Of a stretch of 64,000 bases of DNA, positions 43,770-52,619 are shown piece by piece. The translations under genes were made by a program, and so were the position numbers. The stretch comes from Actinomycetota bacterium. GTDB taxonomy: Bacteria > Actinomycetota > Geothermincolia > Geothermincolales > RBG-13-55-18. Under the pieces are notes generated by a model that did not search any database, was not told where the DNA came from, and saw only the letters and a program-made list of their open reading frames with translations. Position 1 is the first letter of the stretch. Every line of letters begins with the position of its first letter. The stretch lies in assembly GCA_028697145.1 (NCBI GenBank), contig JAQVFR010000003.1, positions 76,834 through 140,833 on the forward strand, read 5' to 3'.

Positions 43770-44193
43770 CGGGTATCACCTTCACCCATACCCGCCGGCG
43801 GCGCGGGCCGTCGAACTCGCACAAAAAGATCCCCTGCCAGGTGCCCAGCGACAGCTCGCCCTCCTCCAGCATGAGGGCGAGGGAGAATCCCATCAGGCTC
43901 GCCTTGATGTGGGCGTCGGCGTTGCCCTCACGGTGGCGGTACCTGCCCCGCGGCACCAGTTTCTCCAGGTGCTCGAGGATGTCCGCGGCCACGGCCGGGT
44001 CGGCGCTCTCGTTAACAGTGATTCCCGCCGTGGTATGGGGCACGTATACCACGCATACGCCGTGCCTGGCGCCAGACTGTTTCATCGCCGTCCTCACCCT
44101 CGCGGTGATGTCCACCATCTGCGAACGGGTGGAGGTCTCCACGTCGAACGACCTTACAGGAATCATGTCCTCACTCTCCGCTCTTCGAACCAT
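43762..44193 (-). CDS. YjbQ/UPF0047-family protein (secondary thiamine-phosphate synthase-like)
   Basis: …DITARVRTAM…GVCVVYVPHTTAGITVNESADPAV…GNADAHIKASLMG… is the YjbQ signature. An alternative ATG start at 44166 is possible. Confidence 0.75.
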   Translation of the reverse strand: MVRRAESEDMIPVRSFDVETSTRSQMVDITARVRTAMKQSGARHGVCVVYVPHTTAGITVNESADPAVAADILEHLEKLVPRGRYRHREGNADAHIKASLMGFSLALMLEEGELSLGTWQGIFLCEFDGPRRRRVWVKVIPDD

Positions 44194-44234
44194 CGATCAC
44201 CGACTCCCCATGCCCTCTGACGCATGCGTTGCTC

Positions 44235-45911
44235 TCAGCCCATGCCCATGCGCAGGGTGGCCTCCAGGTTCATCGGGGGCAGGTCATCGGGGTCGATGAT
44301 CACGTCCACCACCGCCGGACCCGGCGCCGCGAGCGCCTCCCCCAGGACCTCGCCGATGTCCTCCACCCGCTCCAGCCTGAAACCCGCCGCGCCGAAGGAA
44401 CGCGCCAGGGCGGCGAAATCGGGATTGCCGTGGCAGGTTCCCAGTATCCTCCCGCCGCACTGTACGCGCTGCCTGATGTTCAGCACCCTGTACATGTTAT
44501 CGTTCATTACCAGCACGCGCACCCCGATCTTCTCTCGGCATGCCGTCTCCAGGTCCTGCAGGGTCATCATGAAATCGCCGTCGCCAAGGATGGCCACCAC
44601 CTCTGCCCCGGGGCGTACGAGTTTCGCGGCAAGAGCGGCGGGAAAGCCGAAGCCCATGGCGCCGAAGTTGACCGCCGAGAGGAAGCTCAGGGGCTCCCGG
44701 CAGGGCAGGAAATCCATGGGATAGAGCAGATGGGTGCCCGCGCCCACGGTGATGATATGTCCCCCGGACAGCAGGCGGCCCAACTCGTGCACCACCCGCC
44801 CCGGGGAGAGCGGCACCTTGTCCGAGGCGATGGACGCCTCGATCTGGCTTTCCCATTCCCGCCTCTTCGGCTCCAGGAGACCCCACCATTTCCCGCGCGA
44901 AGGGGGGCGGTAATCCCTCACGGCCCCCAACGCTTCCACGAGGAAGTCCCTCACGTCGGCCTCCACCATATAGCTGGCGCGGAAGCGGCTCGTCAGCATG
45001 GCCTCCAGGTCTATATTCACCAGGACCACGTCGCCGTTGATCGGCAGCGTATACTCGTAGCTGGTCATGTCCGAGATGGTGCATCCCAGGCCCAGCACCA
45101 CGTCCGCCTCCATGAGGGCGGTGTCCGCGACCGTGTTACCGCCCCCGAAACCCGCCCTGCCCAGGCAGAGGGGGTGGTCCTCGGGGATGGTGCCGCGGCC
45201 GTTGCCGGTGGTTATCACCGGCACGTGCAGTGCCTCGGCGAAACGCACCAGGAGGTCCGAGCTTCGCGAGTAGGCCACCCCTCCTCCCGAGAGCAGCAGG
45301 GGCCTTTCCGCCTCCTTCACCGTACCCAGGGCGCGCCACACGTCCTCCACGTGCAGGGGCGGCCGGAATTCGGCAGAGAGCCTGAAATCAGGAGGTGGGC
45401 CGTGCAGCTCCTCACCCCATACGTCCTCGGGAACCTCGATGAGCACGGGCCCGCGCGCCCCCGATACCGCCAGGGTGTAGGCCTTTGAGAAGACGGCGGC
45501 CGCCCGCCCGGCGTCCTCCAGCCGGAAGACCCCCTTGCACAGCGGGGCGAAGATGCCCACATGATCGGCCTCAAGCATGCCGTCGGATCCCCTGAGCTTC
45601 CTTTTCACGGCGCCGCTGATGACGACCATGGGGCTGCAGTCCTTGTAGGCGTTGCCCGCAGAGATGAGGGCGTTCAGGGTGCCCGGCCCGGAGTGGGTTA
45701 GTGCGACCCCGGGCACGCCGGTAAGGCGGCCCTCGGCATCCGCCATGCTGGCGGCCACCTGCTCGTGGCGGCAGGATATATAGCGAATCTCCTCCTGGTG
45801 ATCGTAGAGGGCATCGACGAAGGAGATATTGGAGGTGCCGATGACGCCGTATATCCTCTCCGCTCCCATGGCCTTTATCCCCTCGATAAGCACCTGCGCG
45901 CAGTTCATCAT
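44235..45911 (-). CDS. Thiamine-pyrophosphate enzyme of the acetolactate-synthase large-subunit family
   Basis: 558 aa. N-terminal Pyr domain, central domain, and C-terminal PP domain with a GDG(X)n motif (…AILGDGDFMMT…). Confidence 0.8.
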   Translation of the reverse strand: MMNCAQVLIEGIKAMGAERIYGVIGTSNISFVDALYDHQEEIRYISCRHEQVAASMADAEGRLTGVPGVALTHSGPGTLNALISAGNAYKDCSPMVVISGAVKRKLRGSDGMLEADHVGIFAPLCKGVFRLEDAGRAAAVFSKAYTLAVSGARGPVLIEVPEDVWGEELHGPPPDFRLSAEFRPPLHVEDVWRALGTVKEAERPLLLSGGGVAYSRSSDLLVRFAEALHVPVITTGNGRGTIPEDHPLCLGRAGFGGGNTVADTALMEADVVLGLGCTISDMTSYEYTLPINGDVVLVNIDLEAMLTSRFRASYMVEADVRDFLVEALGAVRDYRPPSRGKWWGLLEPKRREWESQIEASIASDKVPLSPGRVVHELGRLLSGGHIITVGAGTHLLYPMDFLPCREPLSFLSAVNFGAMGFGFPAALAAKLVRPGAEVVAILGDGDFMMTLQDLETACREKIGVRVLVMNDNMYRVLNIRQRVQCGGRILGTCHGNPDFAALARSFGAAGFRLERVEDIGEVLGEALAAPGPAVVDVIIDPDDLPPMNLEATLRMGMG

Positions 45912-46891
45912 CTCACCCCGTTTACCACGTATAGCGGCTTCTCTCCGGACAGCACCCGGTTCACGTTCTCCATGGTTATGGTAAGCATCCTGACCCTGCT
46001 CTCGTTGGTCCCGCCCGATACGTGGGGGGAGAGGATGACTTTGTCCGAGGCCAGCAGGGGGTTGTAGGGGTCGACGGGCTCACGCGTGAAGACGTCTATG
46101 CCGGCGCCCGCCAGGCGGCCTTCTCCCAGGGCCTCGGCCAATGCCGCTTCGTCCACCACCTCCCCGCGTGCCAGGTTGAGCAGGTGTGCGTCCGGCTTCA
46201 TCATGGCCAGGCGCTCGCGGTCGATGAGCCGGGTGGTCTCGGGCGTCAGGGGCACGTGCAGGGTGGCTATGTCCGCCGCCGGCAGGAGTTCCTCCAGGTC
46301 GAGACGCTCCGCCTCCAGTTCCTCCTCGAGCTCCGCGGGCAGGGCGACCGTGTCGCTGTAAACGATGCGGCACCCGAAGGCCTTGGCCCTTTTCGCCACC
46401 TCCCTGCCGATATTGCCCATGCCGATTATGCCCAGGGTCTTGCCGTGCAGCTCGGACAGGCCCAGGGTGAAGATTTCCTGCTGCGCCCACTCCCCCGCCG
46501 CGGTCTTGTCGTGGAAATAAAGCGCCCTCTTGAGCAGGCACAGCATGAACATGATGGCCTGTTCGGCCACCCCTATGGCGTTGGCCGCGCCCACGTTGGC
46601 CACCGGGATGCCCGCAAGCCGGGTAGCCTCGAGGTCGATGTGCTGATAACCGATGCTGGGTTGCTGGATGAGCATGCAGCCCCTCGCCGCCTCGGCGACG
46701 GTAGCGTCTATGGGGATGCGAAACGTGAAATCGCCGATGATCACACCCGCCCCCCTCACGGCATCGACGAGGCCCGGCCCCGGATCCCCCGCGTACGTCT
46801 CTATGAAGACATCGTCGCTTCCCGCCGCGGCGGCAAACATGCCTTGGGCAACCTCCTGCGGCAGCGGTGCGAGCACCACTATCTTCACCAT
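45908..46891 (-). CDS. D-isomer-specific 2-hydroxyacid dehydrogenase (PGDH-like), NAD-binding
   Basis: GIIGMGNIGREVA Rossmann motif and catalytic …LARGEVVDE…SPHVSG… Start at the ATG giving MVKIVVLAPL; the track ORF extends upstream from a GTG. Confidence 0.8.
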   Translation of the reverse strand: MVKIVVLAPLPQEVAQGMFAAAAGSDDVFIETYAGDPGPGLVDAVRGAGVIIGDFTFRIPIDATVAEAARGCMLIQQPSIGYQHIDLEATRLAGIPVANVGAANAIGVAEQAIMFMLCLLKRALYFHDKTAAGEWAQQEIFTLGLSELHGKTLGIIGMGNIGREVAKRAKAFGCRIVYSDTVALPAELEEELEAERLDLEELLPAADIATLHVPLTPETTRLIDRERLAMMKPDAHLLNLARGEVVDEAALAEALGEGRLAGAGIDVFTREPVDPYNPLLASDKVILSPHVSGGTNESRVRMLTITMENVNRVLSGEKPLYVVNGVR

Positions 46892-47059
46892 CTCGACCTC
46901 CCTCTGTTCCCGCGACTGCGCATACGACCAGCCACTCTTATAATATCCTGTCGCCCCTGTTTGAAAACAATCCCCATGCCGCTCGGCGGCGCTCGCCTCA
47001 ACGGGCCCGCGAGCCATAGGCGACCTGTTTACGAGCGAGACTGCCGTCTGCGCTCCCAC

Positions 47060-47183
47060 CTGCTTGACCGTCGCCAGCCCTGGGAACTCCTCGGTCGCAG
47101 CGAGGCTTTGCGAGCGAGACCGTTACCTGGAGGCCCCGGGCTATTTCGGAAGGAGGCGGGACCGTTACCCTGAGGCTCGGGCC
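47060..47183 (+). repeat. Copy B of the ~125-bp direct repeat (see 40637..40765)
   Basis: Same sequence and internal sub-repeats as copy A. It lies in the divergent region between the 2-hydroxyacid DH gene (minus) and the acyl-CoA DH gene (plus). Confidence 0.8.
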
Positions 47184-47205
47184 GGTAAGCGCCGGGGCTC
47201 GCCTA

Positions 47206-47214
47206 TGATATAAT
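47206..47214 (+). promoter_or_regulatory. Extended -10 element TGATATAAT for the acyl-CoA dehydrogenase gene
   Basis: Perfect TGnTATAAT about 70 nt upstream of the ATG at 47284, immediately after repeat copy B. Confidence 0.4.
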
Positions 47215-47283
47215 CTCACCGCATCCAGGCGCGCTTTTCCGGCCGCGGCTGCCATAGCCGCGCAACGAAGCAGGGAGGTAGAT

Positions 47284-48426
47284 ATGAGCTATGATATCTT
47301 TCAGCCGGTACACGAGGATTTCCGCAAGACCGTAAGGGAGTTCATCGAGAACGAACTGGCACCCCACGCCGATGAGTGGGAGGAGGCGGAGGAGTTCCCC
47401 CGCGAGGTCTTCAAGCGCATGGGCGACCTCGGTTTCCTGGGCATGTCCTATCCGGAGGAATACGGTGGAGACGACGACCGCCTCGCCGAGGCGGTGCTTA
47501 CCGAAGAGTTGCCCCGCTGCGGGTCCGCAGGGGTGGCCTCCGGCATCGGCGCCCATATCGGCATCGCCATGCCCCAGATAAACCGCTTCGGGACCCCGGA
47601 GCAGAAGGAGAAATACCTCATCCCCGGGATCAAGGGAGAGACCATCGGCGCCCTGGGCGTGACCGAGCCCGAAGCGGGCTCCGACGTGGCGGGCATCAAG
47701 ACCTACGCCGTCCGGGACGGTTCGGACTGGATCGTCAACGGCTCCAAGACCTTCATCACCAACGGGGTGCGCTGCGACTGGGTTGTGGCCCTGGTGAAGA
47801 CGGACCGCGAGAAGGGCTACCGGGGCATCTCCCATATTATCATCGACCGCGGCTTACCCGGCTTCGAGACCTCTAAGAAGATAAAGAAGCTGGGCTGGAA
47901 GGCCTCGGACACCGGCGAGCTCTCCTTTATCGACGTGCGCGTGCCCGCCGACGCACTGCTGGGAGAGGAGGGCAACGGCTTCTTCCAGACCATGGCCAAC
48001 TTCATCTGGGAGAGGTTGATCATGGCCCTGGGGGCGGTGTCCGGCGCGGAGATCGTCTTCCAGGTCGCACTGCAGTATGCCAAGGACCGCCAGGCCTTCG
48101 GCAAGCCCATCGGCAAGTTCCAGGCCATCTCCCACATGCTGGCGGACATGGCCACGGAGATAGAGCTGGGCCGCGCCCTTACCTACCACGTGCTCAAGCT
48201 GTACATCGAGGGCAAGGAGCCGATGAAGGAGGTGGCCATGGCCAAGCTCTTCACCCAGTCCATGGCCGTGCGCGTGGCCGATCGCGCCATCCAGATACAC
48301 GGCGGCTACGGTTATACCGAGGAGTACCCCATCGCCCGCGCCTGGCGCGACATGCGCCTGGGCCCCATAGGCGGCGGTACCGACGAGATAATGAAGGAGA
48401 TCATCGCCCGCTCCTACGGCCTGTAA
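47284..48426 (+). CDS. Acyl-CoA dehydrogenase
   Basis: 380 aa ACAD fold. The catalytic Glu is near the C-terminus (…YGGYGYTEEYP…). Confidence 0.9.
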   Translation: MSYDIFQPVHEDFRKTVREFIENELAPHADEWEEAEEFPREVFKRMGDLGFLGMSYPEEYGGDDDRLAEAVLTEELPRCGSAGVASGIGAHIGIAMPQINRFGTPEQKEKYLIPGIKGETIGALGVTEPEAGSDVAGIKTYAVRDGSDWIVNGSKTFITNGVRCDWVVALVKTDREKGYRGISHIIIDRGLPGFETSKKIKKLGWKASDTGELSFIDVRVPADALLGEEGNGFFQTMANFIWERLIMALGAVSGAEIVFQVALQYAKDRQAFGKPIGKFQAISHMLADMATEIELGRALTYHVLKLYIEGKEPMKEVAMAKLFTQSMAVRVADRAIQIHGGYGYTEEYPIARAWRDMRLGPIGGGTDEIMKEIIARSYGL

Positions 48427-49153
48427 CAACACGCCGGTTTCGGAGGAATACGGTCGCCGAACATCCCAGGAAGAGAGCCATGCTCAGCACCTGGAAGAAT
48501 ATGGCCGCATTGGGATCGGTATGGATGCGTAAGAACTCCATGAAGAAACGGATGAGACCGTACGAGGCGAGGGAGACGAGGAAAAGGTCCCAGTCACGGC
48601 GCAACCTCTTCCTCGCCCAGAGGAGGAAAGCGAAGGCCGCGAGGTCCAGCACCATCTCGTAGAGCTGGACGGGATGAACGGCCACGGCCGCCCCCGGAAA
48701 GGTCACCGCCCACGGCAGCCCGGAGGGCTTGCCGCCGCAGCAGCCGTTGAGGAAGCAACCCACACGGGCTATGGCCAGCGCCAGGGGCATGCCCAGGCCC
48801 ACCGCGTCCGCCACCGCTCCCGGCGGGAGCTTCATGCGCCTTAGCAGCAGGATGCACGAGGGCACCGCCAGGGCCAGCCCGCCGTAGAAGACCAGGCCTC
48901 GCATGTTGAGGTCGAAAACCTGGCCCCAGTTGCCGGAGAAATGCTCGAGATTGCCCAGGACGTAGAAGATCCGAGCCCCGACGACCCCGGTGATGGCGGC
49001 GACGGAAGCGGTGAGGTAGATGGCCGATCCGTCCAGGCCGCGCCGGTTCAGCTCGGCGCGCGCCACGAATATGGCCGCGAGGAATGCCAGGAAGAGCATG
49101 ACCCCGTAGGAATAGACCGCGAAGCCGCCTATGTGGAAGAGCACCGGACGCAT
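48401..49153 (-). CDS. lgt: Prolipoprotein diacylglyceryl transferase
   Basis: MRPVLFHIGGFAVYSYGVMLFLAF… with Lgt signature region …GCFLNGCCGGKP… Converges on the ACAD gene and overlaps it by 26 nt. Confidence 0.85.
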   Translation of the reverse strand: MRPVLFHIGGFAVYSYGVMLFLAFLAAIFVARAELNRRGLDGSAIYLTASVAAITGVVGARIFYVLGNLEHFSGNWGQVFDLNMRGLVFYGGLALAVPSCILLLRRMKLPPGAVADAVGLGMPLALAIARVGCFLNGCCGGKPSGLPWAVTFPGAAVAVHPVQLYEMVLDLAAFAFLLWARKRLRRDWDLFLVSLASYGLIRFFMEFLRIHTDPNAAIFFQVLSMALFLGCSATVFLRNRRVVTGRRSGR

Positions 49154-49459
49154 CGATTTACCTTCCTTTCCTGTCGTCCAGTCATACAAGTCTAGCAGAA
49201 TCGGAACCGCCGTAACGACAGGCGCCGTTGCCTTTTAGCCTGCCCCCTCCCCGCCGCCGTCCTGATGTCTCACCGGGGGCATGTCTTGCCGCCTCTCGCC
49301 GTCTCCATACCTTTTCAGCCGGGATGTTCGGGGCCGTGACCCGGGGCATTAAATCTCCGGCCCGCGGATTCCGAATCATATAGAGGAGCCCGGCCGTGCC
49401 TTGCCGCGCAAAGCGGGCGGGCAGGGGAAAGATTTCGCGAGAAAAGGACGGGGTGCCGC

Positions 49460-50317
49460 ATGGCCGTCGATGCGGAGAAAAAGCAGAGTATCTTCACCCA
49501 AAAACTGGCCGACAAACTCCGGGAAGAGGGGATGGCCGTCCCCCCTTACGTCCTCGATCTTCTCGACAAGCCGTTCGCCGCCTTCTCGGACGATGACAGG
49601 AAGCTGTACGAGACGCAGGTCAAGCAGAAAGAGCTGCTGGCCCTCTTCGCCAGGATGCTGCGGCATATATACCAGGCCGCGGGCCAGAGCACCCGGCACA
49701 GCTGGAAGAGCTTGTGCCACCTGACCAAGGACTCTCCCATCAAGGTATGCGTCTCCTACATCATCAACCAGGAAGAGGCGGAGGATGCGGAAACAACAGG
49801 GAGCGCGGCCGCCGGTACCGCGAGGGCGGTGACGCCGCGTGAGGCCGCCGGGGAAGAACCCGGAAAGGAAAGCGCCGACGCCTCCCGCAAGAGCTTCTTC
49901 ACCAAGAAGCTGGAGCGCAAGCTCGCTGAACGCGACATAAAGGTGCCCGCCGCCATCACCGCCCTCCTGGACAAGCCCTTCGAGGATTTCTCCCCCGAGG
50001 AGCAGCGCCTCTACGAGATGGAGTTCAAGGGGCGGCAGCTCACCATCCTCTTCTCGGACCTGCTTGACGAGCTCTACGAGGAGACCGGCCGGGTGGCAAG
50101 CGGCTGGAGCGCCATGTGCCGCTACCTCAAGGAAACCCCGATGAAGCTCATCGCCACCTACGTGATCGAGGAGGAGGAGCGCCTGGAGGAGGTCGCCAGG
50201 CGGGAGCCGGAGGAGATGATGCCCGCCCAGCCCGCGCGGGAGAAGATCAGCGTAAAGCGCTATCAGCCGCAGCGGGACGAGCAGGGAGAAGCGCAACCTC
50301 GCTGGCGCAGGAAATAG
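49460..50317 (+). CDS. Hypothetical protein built from two tandem ~100-aa homologous domains
   Basis: One half (KQSIFTQKLADKLREEGMAVPPYVLDLLDKPFAAFSDDDRKLYE…) parallels the other (RKSFFTKKLERKLAERDIKVPAAITALLDKPFEDFSPEEQRLYE…). ATG start. This is one of only two plus-strand genes in the window. Confidence 0.6.
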   Translation: MAVDAEKKQSIFTQKLADKLREEGMAVPPYVLDLLDKPFAAFSDDDRKLYETQVKQKELLALFARMLRHIYQAAGQSTRHSWKSLCHLTKDSPIKVCVSYIINQEEAEDAETTGSAAAGTARAVTPREAAGEEPGKESADASRKSFFTKKLERKLAERDIKVPAAITALLDKPFEDFSPEEQRLYEMEFKGRQLTILFSDLLDELYEETGRVASGWSAMCRYLKETPMKLIATYVIEEEERLEEVARREPEEMMPAQPAREKISVKRYQPQRDEQGEAQPRWRRK

Positions 50318-50552
50318 ATCGAGCCCGGTCCACCGCCGCCTGCGGTCCGGTCAACTCGAACTGAAAATATGCCGCGAAGATGAGCAACAGATATGCGGCG
50401 TGCAGAAAAAGGTCCGCGATCTCGGTGTGCCGTCCTAGAACGGGCGCATGATCACGGCAATGCTACCAAGTCATGCGCATGACGCTCCTGGCGGCGGGTA
50501 GGATCGTGCGGTTATCGGCAATATCCCTTGCGCGCGGCGGCTACGGAGAGGG

Positions 50553-52010
50553 CTATTCGTAACTTGGCATTTCCTTCCAGTCATAGACCTTGATGTCTAT
50601 GGGCCATGCGGCGATATCGATGTCCGGCCCCCGGTAGAAGACCTCTGTCTTGCACTTGTGGGCGGGCTGCTTCTTGCTCTCGATGTGTATGTCCCGCACG
50701 GCGGTGCATTGCAGCAACTGCTGGGCGAACATCGCCATCTCGACGTAGATGTCGTTTCCGGACCAGAAGAAGAACTCCGAGCTGGAGCCCCCCTTGGGGA
50801 ACTGCCAGTCGTTGTCGAACCTGACGTCGCCCCTCGCTATCACCTGGAAAATCGAGTTGTTCTCGAACTTCAGCTTGCGGGCGTTCTCGGCCGTGAAGTT
50901 CCCCTCGCAGACGAATATCCCCCGCAGGTCCGGGATCTCCCAGTTCACGTCCTTGAGGATCATGTCGCCGGTGCAGTAGATGACGGTGAGCGACGATACC
51001 CCCATCGCTCCCAGGGAGCCTTGCACGGTATAGTTGCCGATATGATAATTCCCCTGATCGATGGCCAGCGCCTTGTAGTACGCCAGGTCGGGCTCGGGGA
51101 TGAACACCTTCTCCATGCCGGGCCCGTTTAACCGGTTGCCGTACTCCAGGACGTCATTGGGCCCCAGCTCCTCGGCGGTGAAGGAGCTGGTGTGGATGTC
51201 CCACGTTAGGCCGCCTCCCGTGGCGGCTTTGAGCGTGGCCACCGCTTTTCCCGCTCCCTCGGTCCTGAGGGTCACGGATCCCGCGGGCGAACCGGTGCGC
51301 AGGTCTCCCGATTTGATGTCCCCGAAGACGTAACCGGCCGACGGCTGGCCGGCGCCCGATCCGCTGGTCTTGACGTACACGGTGACCGACTCCTTGCCTT
51401 CCACGCTGCCGTTCACGGTGAGCCCGTCCGGGATCTTCACCCAGGGGGCGACGCTGATGAGGAGGTCTCTCTCTGCCCGGATGTTGCCGCTGAAGATCAT
51501 CTCGTTGAGGTTGGTGCTGTCTGCTCCGACGTTTATGGTGAGGTCGCGGCCCGCGAAGAACATGTAGTTACGGATGGCGTCGAACGAGCGTTCCGCGCTG
51601 TACATGGCCGTTTCCTGAATCTTGCGCCGGTATGTCTTCCCGCCATCATCGTATTCGCCGGAGGAGGTGATCCTGTAGTCGTATCCACCCAGCGGCTCCA
51701 CCAGGAACTCGTATCTCCCTCCCATGATATATCCTTCATCACCGTAGCCATCTTCGCCGATCTCGTTCGCGACTATCATGGCGTGGGCGACGTTCAGGCC
51801 GCCCTTCGCGATCTGGAACGCGCGGTCCTCGGGCTTGTTGCCCTCCACTCCCTTCAGGGTGGAGACCATGAGCAGGAGGCTGGTCGCCCCCAGGACGGCG
51901 AGCATGAGCAATGCGGCAAGCACCAGCACCATGGCGAATCCGCGCTCGCCTGCCGGGGTAGTCCCTTCCGCCTTTCCCGCCTTCCGATATCCGTTCATCT
52001 CACGTCTCAT
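50553..52010 (-). CDS. PilX-like type IV pilus minor pilin/assembly protein
   Basis: N-terminus …ERGFAMVLVLAALLMLAVLGATSLL matches the PilX N-terminal pattern. 485 aa. Last gene of the pilin cluster. Confidence 0.6.
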   Translation of the reverse strand: MRREMNGYRKAGKAEGTTPAGERGFAMVLVLAALLMLAVLGATSLLLMVSTLKGVEGNKPEDRAFQIAKGGLNVAHAMIVANEIGEDGYGDEGYIMGGRYEFLVEPLGGYDYRITSSGEYDDGGKTYRRKIQETAMYSAERSFDAIRNYMFFAGRDLTINVGADSTNLNEMIFSGNIRAERDLLISVAPWVKIPDGLTVNGSVEGKESVTVYVKTSGSGAGQPSAGYVFGDIKSGDLRTGSPAGSVTLRTEGAGKAVATLKAATGGGLTWDIHTSSFTAEELGPNDVLEYGNRLNGPGMEKVFIPEPDLAYYKALAIDQGNYHIGNYTVQGSLGAMGVSSLTVIYCTGDMILKDVNWEIPDLRGIFVCEGNFTAENARKLKFENNSIFQVIARGDVRFDNDWQFPKGGSSSEFFFWSGNDIYVEMAMFAQQLLQCTAVRDIHIESKKQPAHKCKTEVFYRGPDIDIAAWPIDIKVYDWKEMPSYE

Positions 52011-52028
52011 GACATCTCCTCCCGGCCC

Positions 52029-52619
52029 TCACCGCAAAGCGTTCATGATGGTCGCGCTGCCGTTGTACGTCCGCTTGAGCGCCACATCCATCGAGTCCAT
52101 GGACATCTCCAGGGTGACCAGGACGCGGTGTATCATGTCGTTCCATCCCGGGAACTGTCCCGGCTCGAGTTCCACTTCCTCCCTGATGGCCATGTCGTAC
52201 CAGTAATAGGTGACGGTGAGGGAGGAGACCCCGTCCACCCATGGCTGGCCGTCCTTGACGAGCACGCCGTCCTCCACCCGGAAGGCCTGGTTGGTGATTG
52301 TGTCGTCGCCGTTCAGGTCTCCGGAGAAGATTATCTGGCTGTTGTCGCTGTCCGGGCTTATGCTCGTGGCCACGCGTATCTGGCGGGTCATGGTGTTCAC
52401 CGCCTCGTTCGCGGCCTCCTCCATCCTCACCAGGTTGTACGAAGCGGTCGAACTCCTCGCCCCCGACTGGATCATGCCGCCGAGCCCGATGATGAGGATC
52501 ATCATAATCAGCATGGTCACCAGGAGTTCGGCCAGGGTGAAGCCGCCCTCTTGCCGAAGGGATGAGAGGAACGCTCCTCCGCCCTTATCGCCCTTTGAAA
52601 AAGGTGACCTGATTCTCAT
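52029..52619 (-). CDS. Type IV prepilin-like minor pilin (PilW/GspJ-like)
   Basis: Prepilin cleavage/methylation motif G|FTLAELLVTMLIMMILII after a 25-aa leader. The ATG overlaps the upstream stop (ATGA). Confidence 0.75.
   Translation of the reverse strand: MRIRSPFSKGDKGGGAFLSSLRQEGGFTLAELLVTMLIMMILIIGLGGMIQSGARSSTASYNLVRMEEAANEAVNTMTRQIRVATSISPDSDNSQIIFSGDLNGDDTITNQAFRVEDGVLVKDGQPWVDGVSSLTVTYYWYDMAIREEVELEPGQFPGWNDMIHRVLVTLEMSMDSMDVALKRTYNGSATIMNALR

Noticed and set aside
50444-50478. Inverted repeat GCGCATGA(T)C … G(T)CATGCGC between the convergent 49460 gene and the PilX-like gene
   Set aside because: Possible bidirectional terminator stem, but the loop is ~16 nt and there is no U-tract on either strand. 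Too weak to call.
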